The notes under the pieces: generated by a model
Seen by the model: the letters and a program-made list of their open reading frames with translations, nothing else
Databases searched by the model: none
What the model was told of the DNA's origin: nothing
Shown here: piece after piece, positions 49,450-58,146 of the stretch
Numbering within the stretch: position 1 is the stretch's first letter
Layout: the number at the start of each line of letters is the position of its first letter
Translations under genes and position numbers: made by a program
Source: Eubacteriales bacterium
Lineage (GTDB): Bacteria; Bacillota; Clostridia; Oscillospirales; JAAYXM01
Direction of reading: 5' to 3'
Length of the DNA: 64,000 nt
Assembly (NCBI GenBank): GCA_045589235.1
Contig: JAZNOR010000001.1
Location: forward strand, 2,503 to 66,502

Positions 49450-50094
49450 TTATAAGTTTAAAAGATGTGAAAAATCATGCACATAGTAATCTGCCACCGC
49501 AGAAATTGCATCAGCATCGTCTTTTGAAGATTCGTCAAAAATTCCGCAGACTTTTATGCCTGAAAGTTTTGCCGATTTGTTGGCGTTTAAATTATCGTCA
49601 ACAAATAAAATTTCATCAATTGGTGCACCGATTTTCTCTGCACACATTTTATAAATTTCGGGATTTGCCTTCGTTGTGTTGAAATCATCACACGACCAGA
49701 CGTTTGCAAATATATCAAAAATGCCGAGCCTTTTAAGGCAAGGATCAAGCGTTAAGTGCGGACTTGCGGTTAAAACATTTAAATTTGCACCATCATCCTT
49801 TAATGCTTTAAGCGTAGAAATAACATTTTCTTTTGCAGGAATTGTGTGTGTATATTCATAAATTGCGCGCTCGCCCATTTTGTTGCCAAGCTCTTCGATT
49901 GATAGATTAACACCTAACTCTTTTATAAAATACTGCGCAGTACCCATAAATCCGAGCGGAGTTATTATTTTAATTAAATCTTCACCATAGGAAATGCCGC
50001 ATTCGTCTAAAATTCCTGTCATTGTTTCTATATATGCAGGCATTGAATCGACCAGTGTGCCGTCAAAATCAAAAAGATACGTGCTAAACTTCAT
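49450..50094 (-). CDS. HAD-superfamily hydrolase (subfamily IA phosphatase-like)
   Basis: HAD motif I is present (LFDFDGTLVDS), with a C-terminal DD motif (FVDDNLNA). The start is set at MKFSTY, with SD GAGGTG 6 nt upstream. Confidence 0.85.
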   Translation of the reverse strand: MKFSTYLFDFDGTLVDSMPAYIETMTGILDECGISYGEDLIKIITPLGFMGTAQYFIKELGVNLSIEELGNKMGERAIYEYTHTIPAKENVISTLKALKDDGANLNVLTASPHLTLDPCLKRLGIFDIFANVWSCDDFNTTKANPEIYKMCAEKIGAPIDEILFVDDNLNANKSAKLSGIKVCGIFDESSKDDADAISAVADYYVHDFSHLLNL

Positions 50095-50178
50095 AAAATT
50101 CACCTCTTGTTTATTCTAACACAAGCGAGCTTGATAAACAACAAAATAAAGCGCGCATATTATGAAACGGGTGATTTT

Positions 50179-51156
50179 ATGGAAATTGTAAATGATGTTG
50201 CAATTTTAAATTTATATCTGTATCTTTTAAATAATTTTGTTCCACTTACAAACGAAAGTTTTCATGACATTATTTTAAGGCTTTATTACAACTTTAAAAG
50301 AAATATTCCGAAATTGTGGTCGAAACGCCGGGCTGCACGCCTTGAGATAATATTAAATTATATTGAAAGAAACAAAAATCTTGCATCGGCAAAGCTTATA
50401 AGACAAGTGTGCAGTGACAGTGGTTTGTGTGCTTGCGCATTTTTAGTGCCGAAAGGTGAGGTGTATGTTGCTCTGCGCGGTACGGGAACAGGGGAATGGA
50501 TAGATAACGGCGAAGGTCTTGCGGGGACAGATTTTCCAACAGACCAACAAGCAGAGGCGCTTGAATGGTTTGAAAAACTTATAGAAAAAGAGAACATTTT
50601 GCCTGAAGAAGTTGTTGTATCCGGTCATTCAAAAGGTGGAAATAAGGCCCAGCTTATTGCGATGAAATTTAATGTGCAAAAATGCATAAGCTTTGATGGA
50701 CAAGGCTTTTCGCCCGAGGCAATTTCTGAATTAAAAACCGAGCTGGGCGAAAGATTTTATAAACGAAGAGAAAATGTGTTTTCTTATTCTGCGGAAAATG
50801 ATTACATAAATGTTTTGGGAGAACGCCTGATGCCGCATGAAAACGTCTTCTTTTTAAAATCAAACGGTGGGTTACATTTTTTAGAGGCAATTTTAAATAA
50901 AGATGGCACGCTTAGGAAACTTTGTGAGCAAGGAAAACTCTCGGAATGTGTCGATAACATATCCGATGAGCTTATGAAAATTCCGCCGAGCGCGAGAAAA
51001 TATGCAACACTTGGCGTTATGAATATTATTCAAAAATACATCGTAGACGAACCTGCGCTAAACGGTGACTTCGTGTCAATTGAAAATACGATTGCAGGCT
51101 TAGGAGTTGCTGCATTTTCAGTTATTAAAAGTATTGTAAAAAACGCAAAAATGTGA
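50179..51156 (+). CDS. Mbeg1-like / DUF2974 alpha/beta-hydrolase (lipase-like)
   Basis: Has the nucleophile elbow VSGHSKGGNKA. The start is set at MEIVNDV. The track start at 50107 lacks an SD. Confidence 0.68.
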   Translation: MEIVNDVAILNLYLYLLNNFVPLTNESFHDIILRLYYNFKRNIPKLWSKRRAARLEIILNYIERNKNLASAKLIRQVCSDSGLCACAFLVPKGEVYVALRGTGTGEWIDNGEGLAGTDFPTDQQAEALEWFEKLIEKENILPEEVVVSGHSKGGNKAQLIAMKFNVQKCISFDGQGFSPEAISELKTELGERFYKRRENVFSYSAENDYINVLGERLMPHENVFFLKSNGGLHFLEAILNKDGTLRKLCEQGKLSECVDNISDELMKIPPSARKYATLGVMNIIQKYIVDEPALNGDFVSIENTIAGLGVAAFSVIKSIVKNAKM

Positions 51157-51179
51157 TATTATGTCAAATGGTGATTTTT

Positions 51180-52085
51180 ATGTACAGTCAAAAATTAAAA
51201 GGTAATTTGCTTTTGTTTCTAACGGCTCTTGTCTGGGGTATTTCGTTTGTATTCCAGAGCAAAGGTGTTGAAGCGATGCCGCCGATTGCATTTAATGGAA
51301 TACGTTCAATTCTGGGTGGGATTGTGCTTCTTCCGGTTATCTTTTTTTTAGATAAAGGCAAAAGGGAACGCGGAGAGGAAACTAAAATAACAAAACCGCT
51401 GCTTCTTGGCGGAATTTGTTGCGGAGCATTTCTGTGCATTGCGACCACTTTGCAGTCGATGGGAATGGTTTACACAAGTCCAGGTAAAGCGGGCTTCATA
51501 ACAGCGCTTTATATGGTAATTGTTCCGATTATCGGTCTTTTTATGGGCAAAAAGCCGCGACTTATTATTTTGATCTCCGTTTTGATTGCCGTGGCAGGAT
51601 TGTATTTAATGTGCATAAGCGGAAGTCTTGCGCTAAATTCGGGCGATATTTTGATTTTCCTTTGCGCATTTGTGTTTGCAGGGCATATTTTGCTTATTGA
51701 CTATTTTTCACCGAAGGTTGACGGAGTGAAGCTTTCGTGTTTGCAATTTTTCGTTTGCGGCATACTTAGTCTTATTGCAATGCCGTTTAGCGGAGTTCCA
51801 ACATGGGATATGATTTCTTCCTGCTGGATTGAGCTTGCTTATGCGGGTGTTATGTCGTGCGGCGTTGCATATACTTTGCAGATTGTTGGTCAGAAGTATA
51901 CAGACCCGACCTCGGCGTCAATCTTAATGAGTTTGGAATCGGTTTTTGCAACACTTTCAACGGTGATTTTAGTGGCGCTTGGTTTTAATCTAACGGGCGG
52001 AGCTATGTCAATGCGCGAGATTTTGGGCTGCATTTTGATGTTTATTGCCATTATGCTTGTGCAAATGCCTGAGAAAAAGCACTAA
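51180..52085 (+). CDS. DMT-superfamily (EamA) transporter
   Basis: About 301 aa with 10 TM segments in two EamA repeats. The start is set at MYSQKLKG. Confidence 0.85.
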   Translation: MYSQKLKGNLLLFLTALVWGISFVFQSKGVEAMPPIAFNGIRSILGGIVLLPVIFFLDKGKRERGEETKITKPLLLGGICCGAFLCIATTLQSMGMVYTSPGKAGFITALYMVIVPIIGLFMGKKPRLIILISVLIAVAGLYLMCISGSLALNSGDILIFLCAFVFAGHILLIDYFSPKVDGVKLSCLQFFVCGILSLIAMPFSGVPTWDMISSCWIELAYAGVMSCGVAYTLQIVGQKYTDPTSASILMSLESVFATLSTVILVALGFNLTGGAMSMREILGCILMFIAIMLVQMPEKKH

Positions 52086-52135
52086 TTTTGTTGACAAGTG
52101 CAGTAATTCTGTGTTAACATATTTTTAATAATTTA

Positions 52136-52171
52136 AGCGCGAGGTCAAAACTTTTCTCGCGCTATTTTTTT
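52136..52171 (+). terminator. hairpin plus U7 between eamA and nhaC
   Basis: AGCGCGAG-12 nt-CTCGCGCT is followed by ATTTTTTT. It ends 2 nt before the nhaC SD. Confidence 0.7.
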
Positions 52172-52184
52172 AGGAGGTACACAA

Positions 52185-53789
52185 ATGAAATTCTCAATGA
52201 GAAAAACTCTCCCCGTGCTCATTGTTGCAATTCTTCTTGTCATCACCTCGGTTTTTGCTACCGGTGATGCTGAAGTGAGCACAATGTATGCAACATTCTG
52301 GGCGCTTGTTCCGCCGGTTGTTGCTATCGCTCTTGCGCTTATTACCAAAGAGGTTTATTCATCACTCTTTATAGGTATCGTGCTCGGCGGTCTTCTCGCT
52401 TGTAACTGGAAACCGGTTGCGGCACTTGATGCGATTGTTAACGAAGGCTTGATTGCAGCTGTTTCAGGAACAGCCGGCATCTTCATCTTCCTTGTTATTT
52501 TGGGCACTCTCGTTGCTCTTATCAACAAGGCAGGCGGCTCTGCTGCATTCGGTCGTTGGGCGCAGACTCATATCAAGTCTCGCGTTGGGGCAATGTTTGC
52601 AACCTTTATTCTCGGCGTTTTAATTTTCATTGACGACTACTTTAACTGCTTAACCGTTGGTAGTGTTATGCTCCCGGTTACTGACAGCCATAAGATTTCA
52701 CGCGCAAAGCTTGCATTCTTAATTGACGCAACCGCAGCTCCGATTTGTATGATCGCTCCGGTTTCTTCATGGGCTGCTGCTGTTGCAGAGTTTACTGAGG
52801 GAACAGGCTATTCGGGAATTGAGCTTTTTGTTCGCGCTATTCCGTATAACTTCTATTCACTTTTAATGTTTGTGTTCATCATCGCAATCATTCTTATGAA
52901 GTTCGATTACGGTCCGATGAAGAAACACGAGTTTAATGCATTAAACAAGGGCGATCTCTTTACATCAGGTCAGGACGATGTTGCAACGGCAGAAGCTGTT
53001 GAAGCTAACCCGAAGGGCAAGGTTATTGATCTTATCTTACCGGTTATCGTTTTAGTTGTTATTTCAATCATCGGTCTTATCTACGTTGGCGGATTCTTCA
53101 GCGGATCAAACTTTATCGATGCATTTGGCAACACCGATGCAACAGTAGGTTTACCGTGGGGTGCAATTGTTGCGCTTCTCGTTACAATTATCTATTTAAT
53201 TGCTCGCCGTGTTGTTACCTTTAAGGAAGCTATGGCTTGCATTCCGAAGGGCTTTAACGCAATGGTTCCGGCAATTCTTATCCTCACCTTTGCGACATCA
53301 CTTAAGAATATGACAGGCTTACTCGGTGCAGATGTATTTGTTGAAGGACTTATGAAGACTGCAGCTCCGGGTCTTGCAAACTTCTTGCCGGCAATTATCT
53401 TCCTCGTTGCTTGCGTACTTGCGTTCTCAACAGGAACATCATGGGGTACTTTCGGTATTCTCATTCCGATTGTTCTTTCAATGTTTGATGCAACAAGTCC
53501 GCTTCTCATAATCGGTGTTTCAGCTTGTCTCGCAGGTGCAGTTTGCGGAGACCACTGCTCACCGATTTCCGACACAACAATTATGTCGTCGGCTGGTAGC
53601 CAGTCAAACCATATCAACCACGTTTCGACTCAGATGCCGTATGCAATCACGGTTGCACTCATTTCATTCGTGTGCTACCTCCTTGCGGCATTTACTCAGA
53701 ACGCTTACATCTTACTTGCAGTCGGCGTGATTATCACAGTCGGCACATTGTTTGTAATTAAAGCGATTACTAAGAACAAAGAAGCGTAA
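52185..53789 (+). CDS. Na+/H+ antiporter NhaC family protein
   Basis: 534 aa with about 12 TM segments. Assigned to the NhaC-type family by overall pattern. SD AGGAGG lies upstream. Confidence 0.82.
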   Translation: MKFSMRKTLPVLIVAILLVITSVFATGDAEVSTMYATFWALVPPVVAIALALITKEVYSSLFIGIVLGGLLACNWKPVAALDAIVNEGLIAAVSGTAGIFIFLVILGTLVALINKAGGSAAFGRWAQTHIKSRVGAMFATFILGVLIFIDDYFNCLTVGSVMLPVTDSHKISRAKLAFLIDATAAPICMIAPVSSWAAAVAEFTEGTGYSGIELFVRAIPYNFYSLLMFVFIIAIILMKFDYGPMKKHEFNALNKGDLFTSGQDDVATAEAVEANPKGKVIDLILPVIVLVVISIIGLIYVGGFFSGSNFIDAFGNTDATVGLPWGAIVALLVTIIYLIARRVVTFKEAMACIPKGFNAMVPAILILTFATSLKNMTGLLGADVFVEGLMKTAAPGLANFLPAIIFLVACVLAFSTGTSWGTFGILIPIVLSMFDATSPLLIIGVSACLAGAVCGDHCSPISDTTIMSSAGSQSNHINHVSTQMPYAITVALISFVCYLLAAFTQNAYILLAVGVIITVGTLFVIKAITKNKEA

Positions 53790-53798
53790 ATGAATAAT

Positions 53799-53831
53799 AA
53801 AAAATCCACCTCATATGAGGTGGATTTTTTT
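53799..53831. terminator. bidirectional terminator between nhaC and lexA
   Basis: AAAAAATCCACCTCATATGAGGTGGATTTTTTT. Confidence 0.85.
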
Positions 53832-53840
53832 GTTCTTAAA

Positions 53841-54443
53841 TTATTGATAATAGCGCATCGTTGCGACAACTTTACCTAAAATTGCGGCATGTGTACCATC
53901 AATCGGCGAGAAGTCTTCATTTTCCGGGAGTAGCCAGATTTTATTGCCCTTGTGCATATAAGTTTTGACCGTTGCTTCATCTTCTAAAAGCGCAACGACG
54001 ATATCACCGTTATTTACAACCTGCTGGCGACGAACAACAATTACGTCATCCGGCATAATGCCCGCATTTTTCATTGAAAGCCCGCGCACGCGAAGTGCGA
54101 AATGCTCGTAGCCGGAGTTACCACCGTCGTAAGGAACATAACCCTCAATGTTTTCGGTAGCTAAAATCGGCTCACCTGCAGCTACGCGACCTAAAATCGG
54201 AATTGCGGGATATGATTTGACATTTCCCTCAGGTGAGAGAATTGTAAGGCCACGATTCTTGCCGCCGCTACGCTCAATGTATCCTTTCTTCTGCAGAGCT
54301 TGAAGGTGCATATGAACAGAAGCAGGGGAAGTCAGCCCTACGCCATGGCCGATATCACGCACAGAGGGTGGAAAACCATTTTCTTTAATATAATTGCTGA
54401 TAAAATCAAAAATATCACGTTGTTTGTCGGTTAAATCACGCAT
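53841..54443 (-). CDS. lexA: LexA repressor
   Basis: About 200 aa from MRDLTDKQRDIFDFI. Has a winged HTH, and an S24 peptidase Ser (GLSMKNAGI) and Lys (VKTY). SD AGGAGG lies 7 nt upstream. Confidence 0.93.
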   Translation of the reverse strand: MRDLTDKQRDIFDFISNYIKENGFPPSVRDIGHGVGLTSPASVHMHLQALQKKGYIERSGGKNRGLTILSPEGNVKSYPAIPILGRVAAGEPILATENIEGYVPYDGGNSGYEHFALRVRGLSMKNAGIMPDDVIVVRRQQVVNNGDIVVALLEDEATVKTYMHKGNKIWLLPENEDFSPIDGTHAAILGKVVATMRYYQ

Positions 54444-54485
54444 AATAAAACCTCCTGTCAATATATTAAGAGTTTAACACATATA

Positions 54486-54497
54486 AAACAAAAGTTC
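54486..54497 (-). promoter_or_regulatory. candidate SOS (LexA) box upstream of lexA
   Basis: The minus strand reads GAACTTTTGTTT, one mismatch from the Firmicute GAAC-N4-GTTC core. It overlaps the stop codon of the upstream methyltransferase gene. Confidence 0.45.
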
Positions 54498-55212
54498 AAG
54501 CCTTTCTTTGATAAATTTCAGAAACTTCTTTTGTTTCGTGTCCTTCAACGTCGCGGATAAATAGGGTTGGAAGAACTTTTAAACCTTCGCCGCCGCACTT
54601 TCTGGCTTCCAGCAAAACGAGTGAGGGCGCGGTTTTTGCATTGTTCTGAACGAGCCGCATACGCTTTGGCGCAAGGTTGTATTTGTAAAGTGCGGATATA
54701 AGTGCACCCAACCGTTCCGGTCGATACACAATAGAAAAACTTCCCTGATATTTTAAAAGATACGCAGCTGCGCGGCAGATGTCATCTATCGTGCTGTCAA
54801 TTTCCATGCGCGCGGCAAGAAGGTTTGGATTTTCGGTATGAAGACCGCCATCGCGCTTTAAGTAAGGTGGGTTAGAAACCACAACATCAAAACTCTCGGG
54901 TTTTAAGTATTCTTCAATCTTAACAATGTCGCCGTTTATCACCTGCATACGGTCAGATAAGTTATTGAGCACAACGTTTTCTTCAGAAAGAGCATATGAG
55001 CCGGGGAGAATTTCAATTCCCGTAACCGTTATGTTCTTATATCGTGCGCACAAGAGAATTGAAATCGCGCCGTTTCCACAGCCTAAATCGCATACGTTAT
55101 CATTTTTATGAATTTTAGCAAAGTGCGAAAGTAGCATAGAATCCGTTCCGAGTTTTAAAAACTCATTGCTTTGTTTTAGTTTAAAACCGGAGATTCCGAG
55201 TTCGTCAATCAT
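54496..55212 (-). CDS. SAM-dependent methyltransferase, tRNA (adenine-N6)-methyltransferase (YfiC/TrmN6)-like
   Basis: SAM motif DLGCGNG and catalytic NPPY (VVSNPPYLK) are present. The start is uncertain: ATG 55212 is chosen, and the track uses TTG 55233. Confidence 0.78.
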   Translation of the reverse strand: MIDELGISGFKLKQSNEFLKLGTDSMLLSHFAKIHKNDNVCDLGCGNGAISILLCARYKNITVTGIEILPGSYALSEENVVLNNLSDRMQVINGDIVKIEEYLKPESFDVVVSNPPYLKRDGGLHTENPNLLAARMEIDSTIDDICRAAAYLLKYQGSFSIVYRPERLGALISALYKYNLAPKRMRLVQNNAKTAPSLVLLEARKCGGEGLKVLPTLFIRDVEGHETKEVSEIYQRKA

Positions 55213-55296
55213 ATTTTCACTTCCAAACAGCAAAAATGTTAGTTTTATAGCATTATATAATATTGAAAAAATTTTTGCAAGGTTATATAGTCATAA

Positions 55297-55331
55297 AAAG
55301 AAACCGCACTGCCAAAAGACAGTGCGGTTTT
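55297..55331 (-). terminator. terminator after the ferredoxin gene
   Basis: AAACCGCACTG-8 nt-CAGTGCGGTTT, with a T-run on the minus strand. Confidence 0.8.
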
Positions 55332-55347
55332 ATGCTTTAATAACCGA

Positions 55348-55518
55348 TTATTCCGGCTTAATAGCCTCGACAGGGCAAGCGCCTGCGCAAGAACCACAAT
55401 CGATGCAAGCATCAGCATCAATTACATACTGGCTGTCACCAGCGGTAATGCAACCAACCGGGCACTCACCTTCACAGGTACCGCAGCTGATGCACTCGTC
55501 AGAAATTACATGAGCCAT
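55348..55518 (-). CDS. 2x[4Fe-4S] clostridial-type ferredoxin
   Basis: 56 aa from MAHVISDECISCGTCEGECP...CIDCGSCAGACP, which contains two CxxCxxCxxxCP motifs. SD GGAGGTG lies 6 nt upstream. Confidence 0.9.
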   Translation of the reverse strand: MAHVISDECISCGTCEGECPVGCITAGDSQYVIDADACIDCGSCAGACPVEAIKPE

Positions 55519-55642
55519 TACAAACACCTCCAAGTTGTTTCTTTAACACTATTGTACCACGCCTTTTGAAAAAATCAATGGTAAATTGAAAAAAATTATA
55601 AAAAACCGTAAAGATTGGCGATACTACAAGAGAGGTGGTTTA

Positions 55643-57850
55643 ATGTTTAGTGAAAATAAGTTTGATAGTGAAAGCGAATGTAGTTTGCGTTTGGCGCATG
55701 AATGTTCGGTAACTTTGGGGCACACTTATGTAGGTTCAGAGCATCTTCTTTATGGCCTTGTTGCACAGGGAGAAGGAGACGCGGCAAAGATTCTTTTAAA
55801 GCGCGGCATAAGTCGCGAACCGCTTGCGCGCAAGCTTTGTGAAACGCTCGGTAAAGGTGCGGCTCAGCAAAGGGTGCCGCACGGTTTAACTCCGCGTGCG
55901 AAGCGAATAATATCTGCGGCATACAGCGAAGCGGTAAGAGCAGGGCGCACAAACATTGGAACGGAACATATTCTGATGGGCATTTTGAGTGAAGGTGAAA
56001 GTGTTGCAACACGGCTGATTCTTTCTTTTGGTGTGGACCCGGGAAGACTGTACAATGACCTCGTGGCAGGCTATGCACAAAATGTTAAAAGCTCGCAGGA
56101 GAAGTCAGGGTCAGAAAAGCTTATTCGCCAATTCGGTAGAGATTTAACTGCGGCGGCGCGCGCGGGAAGTTTGGACCCGGTAATAGGACGAGACAAGGAA
56201 ATAGAAAATGTTATATGCACACTCAGCCGCAGAAGTAAAAACAACCCTTGCCTTATAGGGGAACCGGGTGTTGGAAAAACTGCAGTGGTAGAGGGGCTTG
56301 CGCTTAGAATAGCCGCAGGAGACGTTCCGAGAACGCTTTATAACTCGAGAATTATAACTCTTGATATGCCGACTGTTATAGCAGGAACTAAATATCGCGG
56401 CGAATTTGAAGACCGTGTCAAAAAAATACTTCATGAGGTGCGCGAGCTTGGAAATGTAATTTTATTTATTGATGAAATACACACGATAGTTGGTGCGGGT
56501 GCGGCTGAGGGCGCGATTGATGCCGCAAATATTTTAAAACCGGCTTTAGCGCGTACGGAAATAAAACTGATTGGCGCAACAACGCGCGAGGAGTATCGCA
56601 AACACATTGAAAAAGATGCTGCTTTAGAGCGGCGCCTTCAACCGATTACTGTTTCGGAACCGACAAAAGAAGAAACTCTTGCGATATTGCGTGGAATAAA
56701 AGGACTTTACGAGCGTCACCATGAGGTGGTTATAGGTGACGATATATTAAAATGTGCAATTGACTTGTCTGTGCGATATATAAACGACAGGTATCTGCCT
56801 GACAAGGCAATAGACATTGTTGATGAAGCGGCAAGCCGCGCAAGCGTTGAAACACACACGCTTAGTCAGGAGCATATAAGGAGGGCAATAACTGACCGTA
56901 CAGGTATACCAATGGAACAATTAAATGCTGACGAGAAGAAAAAAATATCCGGTTTAAAAGAGAAGCTTTGCAATCGCATAATCGGGCAGGATGAAGCGAT
57001 AGAAAAAATGTGCAAGGCGGTTGCGCGAGCGCGAGTCGGGCTTTCTGATCCGAAGAGACCGAGCGGTGTGTTTTTATTTATGGGTGAGAGTGGTGTTGGG
57101 AAAAGCGCACTTGCTTGTGCGTTTGCAGAGGAGTTCTTTGGATCAGAAAAGTCACTTGTGAGAATGGATATGTCAGAATATATGGAAAAACATTCTGTAA
57201 GCAAGTTGATAGGTGCACCACCCGGATATATTGGCTACGACGGTGGAGGTTGCTTGACGGAAAAAATAAAAGCAAAACCATACTCGGTGGTGCTGTTTGA
57301 TGAAATCGAAAAAGCACATCCGGATGTACTGAATATCCTGCTTCAGATTTTAGAGGACGGCAAGTTGAGTGATTCTACGGGAAGAGTAGCAGATTTTAAG
57401 AATACGTTTATTATTATGACCTCTAATATAGGTTCTGAACACTTAAACTCCGATGCAGGAATGGGATTTGCCGGGAGCATATCTGATAAAAAAGCAAGAG
57501 CGCTCAAACAGCTAAAGACAACTCTTAGACCTGAGCTCTTAAACAGAATTGATGAAACACTGGTGTTTAACTCATTGAAAAGCGCAGAACTTGTGCAAAT
57601 TGCAAGAAAAATGGTTGAAGAGATTGAAGCTCGTGCAGCAACAAAAGGAATAAATATACAAATTGAAAATGAGGTTATAGAACGACTTGCTCATCACGCT
57701 TTTGAAAAAAACGGCGGCGCGAGGGTTCTCAGAAGCATAATTGATGAGGAAATAACCGTAAAGCTTGCTGAAAAGTTATTGCAAGGAGAAAATAAAACAA
57801 ATTTTAAGTGTATATTATGCAATGATATACCAAGTTTTATGCATAATTAA
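55643..57850 (+). CDS. Clp/Hsp100 AAA+ ATPase with ClpA-like architecture (Clp_N repeats, two NBDs, no middle domain)
   Basis: About 735 aa. Walker A 1 is GEPGVGKTA and Walker A 2 is [10 protein letters not shown] ClpP-loop-like MGF is present. The start is set at MFSENKF, after GAGGTGG. Confidence 0.85.
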   Translation: MFSENKFDSESECSLRLAHECSVTLGHTYVGSEHLLYGLVAQGEGDAAKILLKRGISREPLARKLCETLGKGAAQQRVPHGLTPRAKRIISAAYSEAVRAGRTNIGTEHILMGILSEGESVATRLILSFGVDPGRLYNDLVAGYAQNVKSSQEKSGSEKLIRQFGRDLTAAARAGSLDPVIGRDKEIENVICTLSRRSKNNPCLIGEPGVGKTAVVEGLALRIAAGDVPRTLYNSRIITLDMPTVIAGTKYRGEFEDRVKKILHEVRELGNVILFIDEIHTIVGAGAAEGAIDAANILKPALARTEIKLIGATTREEYRKHIEKDAALERRLQPITVSEPTKEETLAILRGIKGLYERHHEVVIGDDILKCAIDLSVRYINDRYLPDKAIDIVDEAASRASVETHTLSQEHIRRAITDRTGIPMEQLNADEKKKISGLKEKLCNRIIGQDEAIEKMCKAVARARVGLSDPKRPSGVFLFMGESGVGKSALACAFAEEFFGSEKSLVRMDMSEYMEKHSVSKLIGAPPGYIGYDGGGCLTEKIKAKPYSVVLFDEIEKAHPDVLNILLQILEDGKLSDSTGRVADFKNTFIIMTSNIGSEHLNSDAGMGFAGSISDKKARALKQLKTTLRPELLNRIDETLVFNSLKSAELVQIARKMVEEIEARAATKGINIQIENEVIERLAHHAFEKNGGARVLRSIIDEEITVKLAEKLLQGENKTNFKCILCNDIPSFMHN

Positions 57851-58009
57851 AAAGCGAGGTTGCAAGAGCGCAATAAAAAATTTTGTATATTTAATGCATA
57901 ATAAAAACAATAAAAACAAAAAAACCGCAAGAACAAAGGGAAGACGAAAGCATAAATATTCCACACAATGAAATAAAATTCAAAAGCTCAAGAAAATAGC
58001 TTAAAAACA

Positions 58010-58038
58010 TTGACAAATGCAACGTATGATATTATAAT
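58010..58038 (+). promoter_or_regulatory. consensus sigma-A promoter upstream of carAB
   Basis: TTGACA-17 nt-TATAAT is an exact consensus match. Confidence 0.75.
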
Positions 58039-58059
58039 ATAAAGAAAAATGAAGAATTA

Positions 58060-58121
58060 GCGCATATTAAATTGCGGCAATGTTACTTAAACAACGTGCG
58101 CTATTTAATATGCGTTTTTTT
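58060..58121 (+). terminator. terminator-like long-range hairpin plus U7 in the carAB leader
   Basis: GCGCATATTAAAT (58060-58072) pairs with ATTTAATATGCGT (58103-58115) around a 30-nt loop. TTTTTTT follows. The SD of carA lies 12 nt downstream. Confidence 0.55.
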
Positions 58122-58146
58122 GTAGACAGAATAAGGAGGATGTGTG

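Noticed and set aside
55534-55642. I looked for a CtsR operator (tandem GGTCAAA) upstream of the Clp ATPase gene.
   Set aside because: No GGTCAAA repeat is present. The single GGTCAAA in the window (52142-52148) lies in the loop of the eamA/nhaC hairpin and is unrelated.
57894-57971. A 25-aa Lys/Asn/Arg-rich ORF (MHNKNNKNKKTARTKGRRKHKYSTQ) after clp, part of the track ORF 57765-57971.
   Set aside because: It has no SD, the A-rich sequence translates to Lys/Asn by default, and it overlaps the probable regulatory region upstream of carA.
58039-58146. I looked in the carAB leader for a PyrR binding loop, a T-box or a leader peptide.
   Set aside because: There is no ARUCCAGAGAGG-like motif and no specifier or T-box elements. 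The only ATG (58049) is followed by a stop after three codons (MKN). The leader is reported as an uncharacterised attenuator or operator candidate instead.
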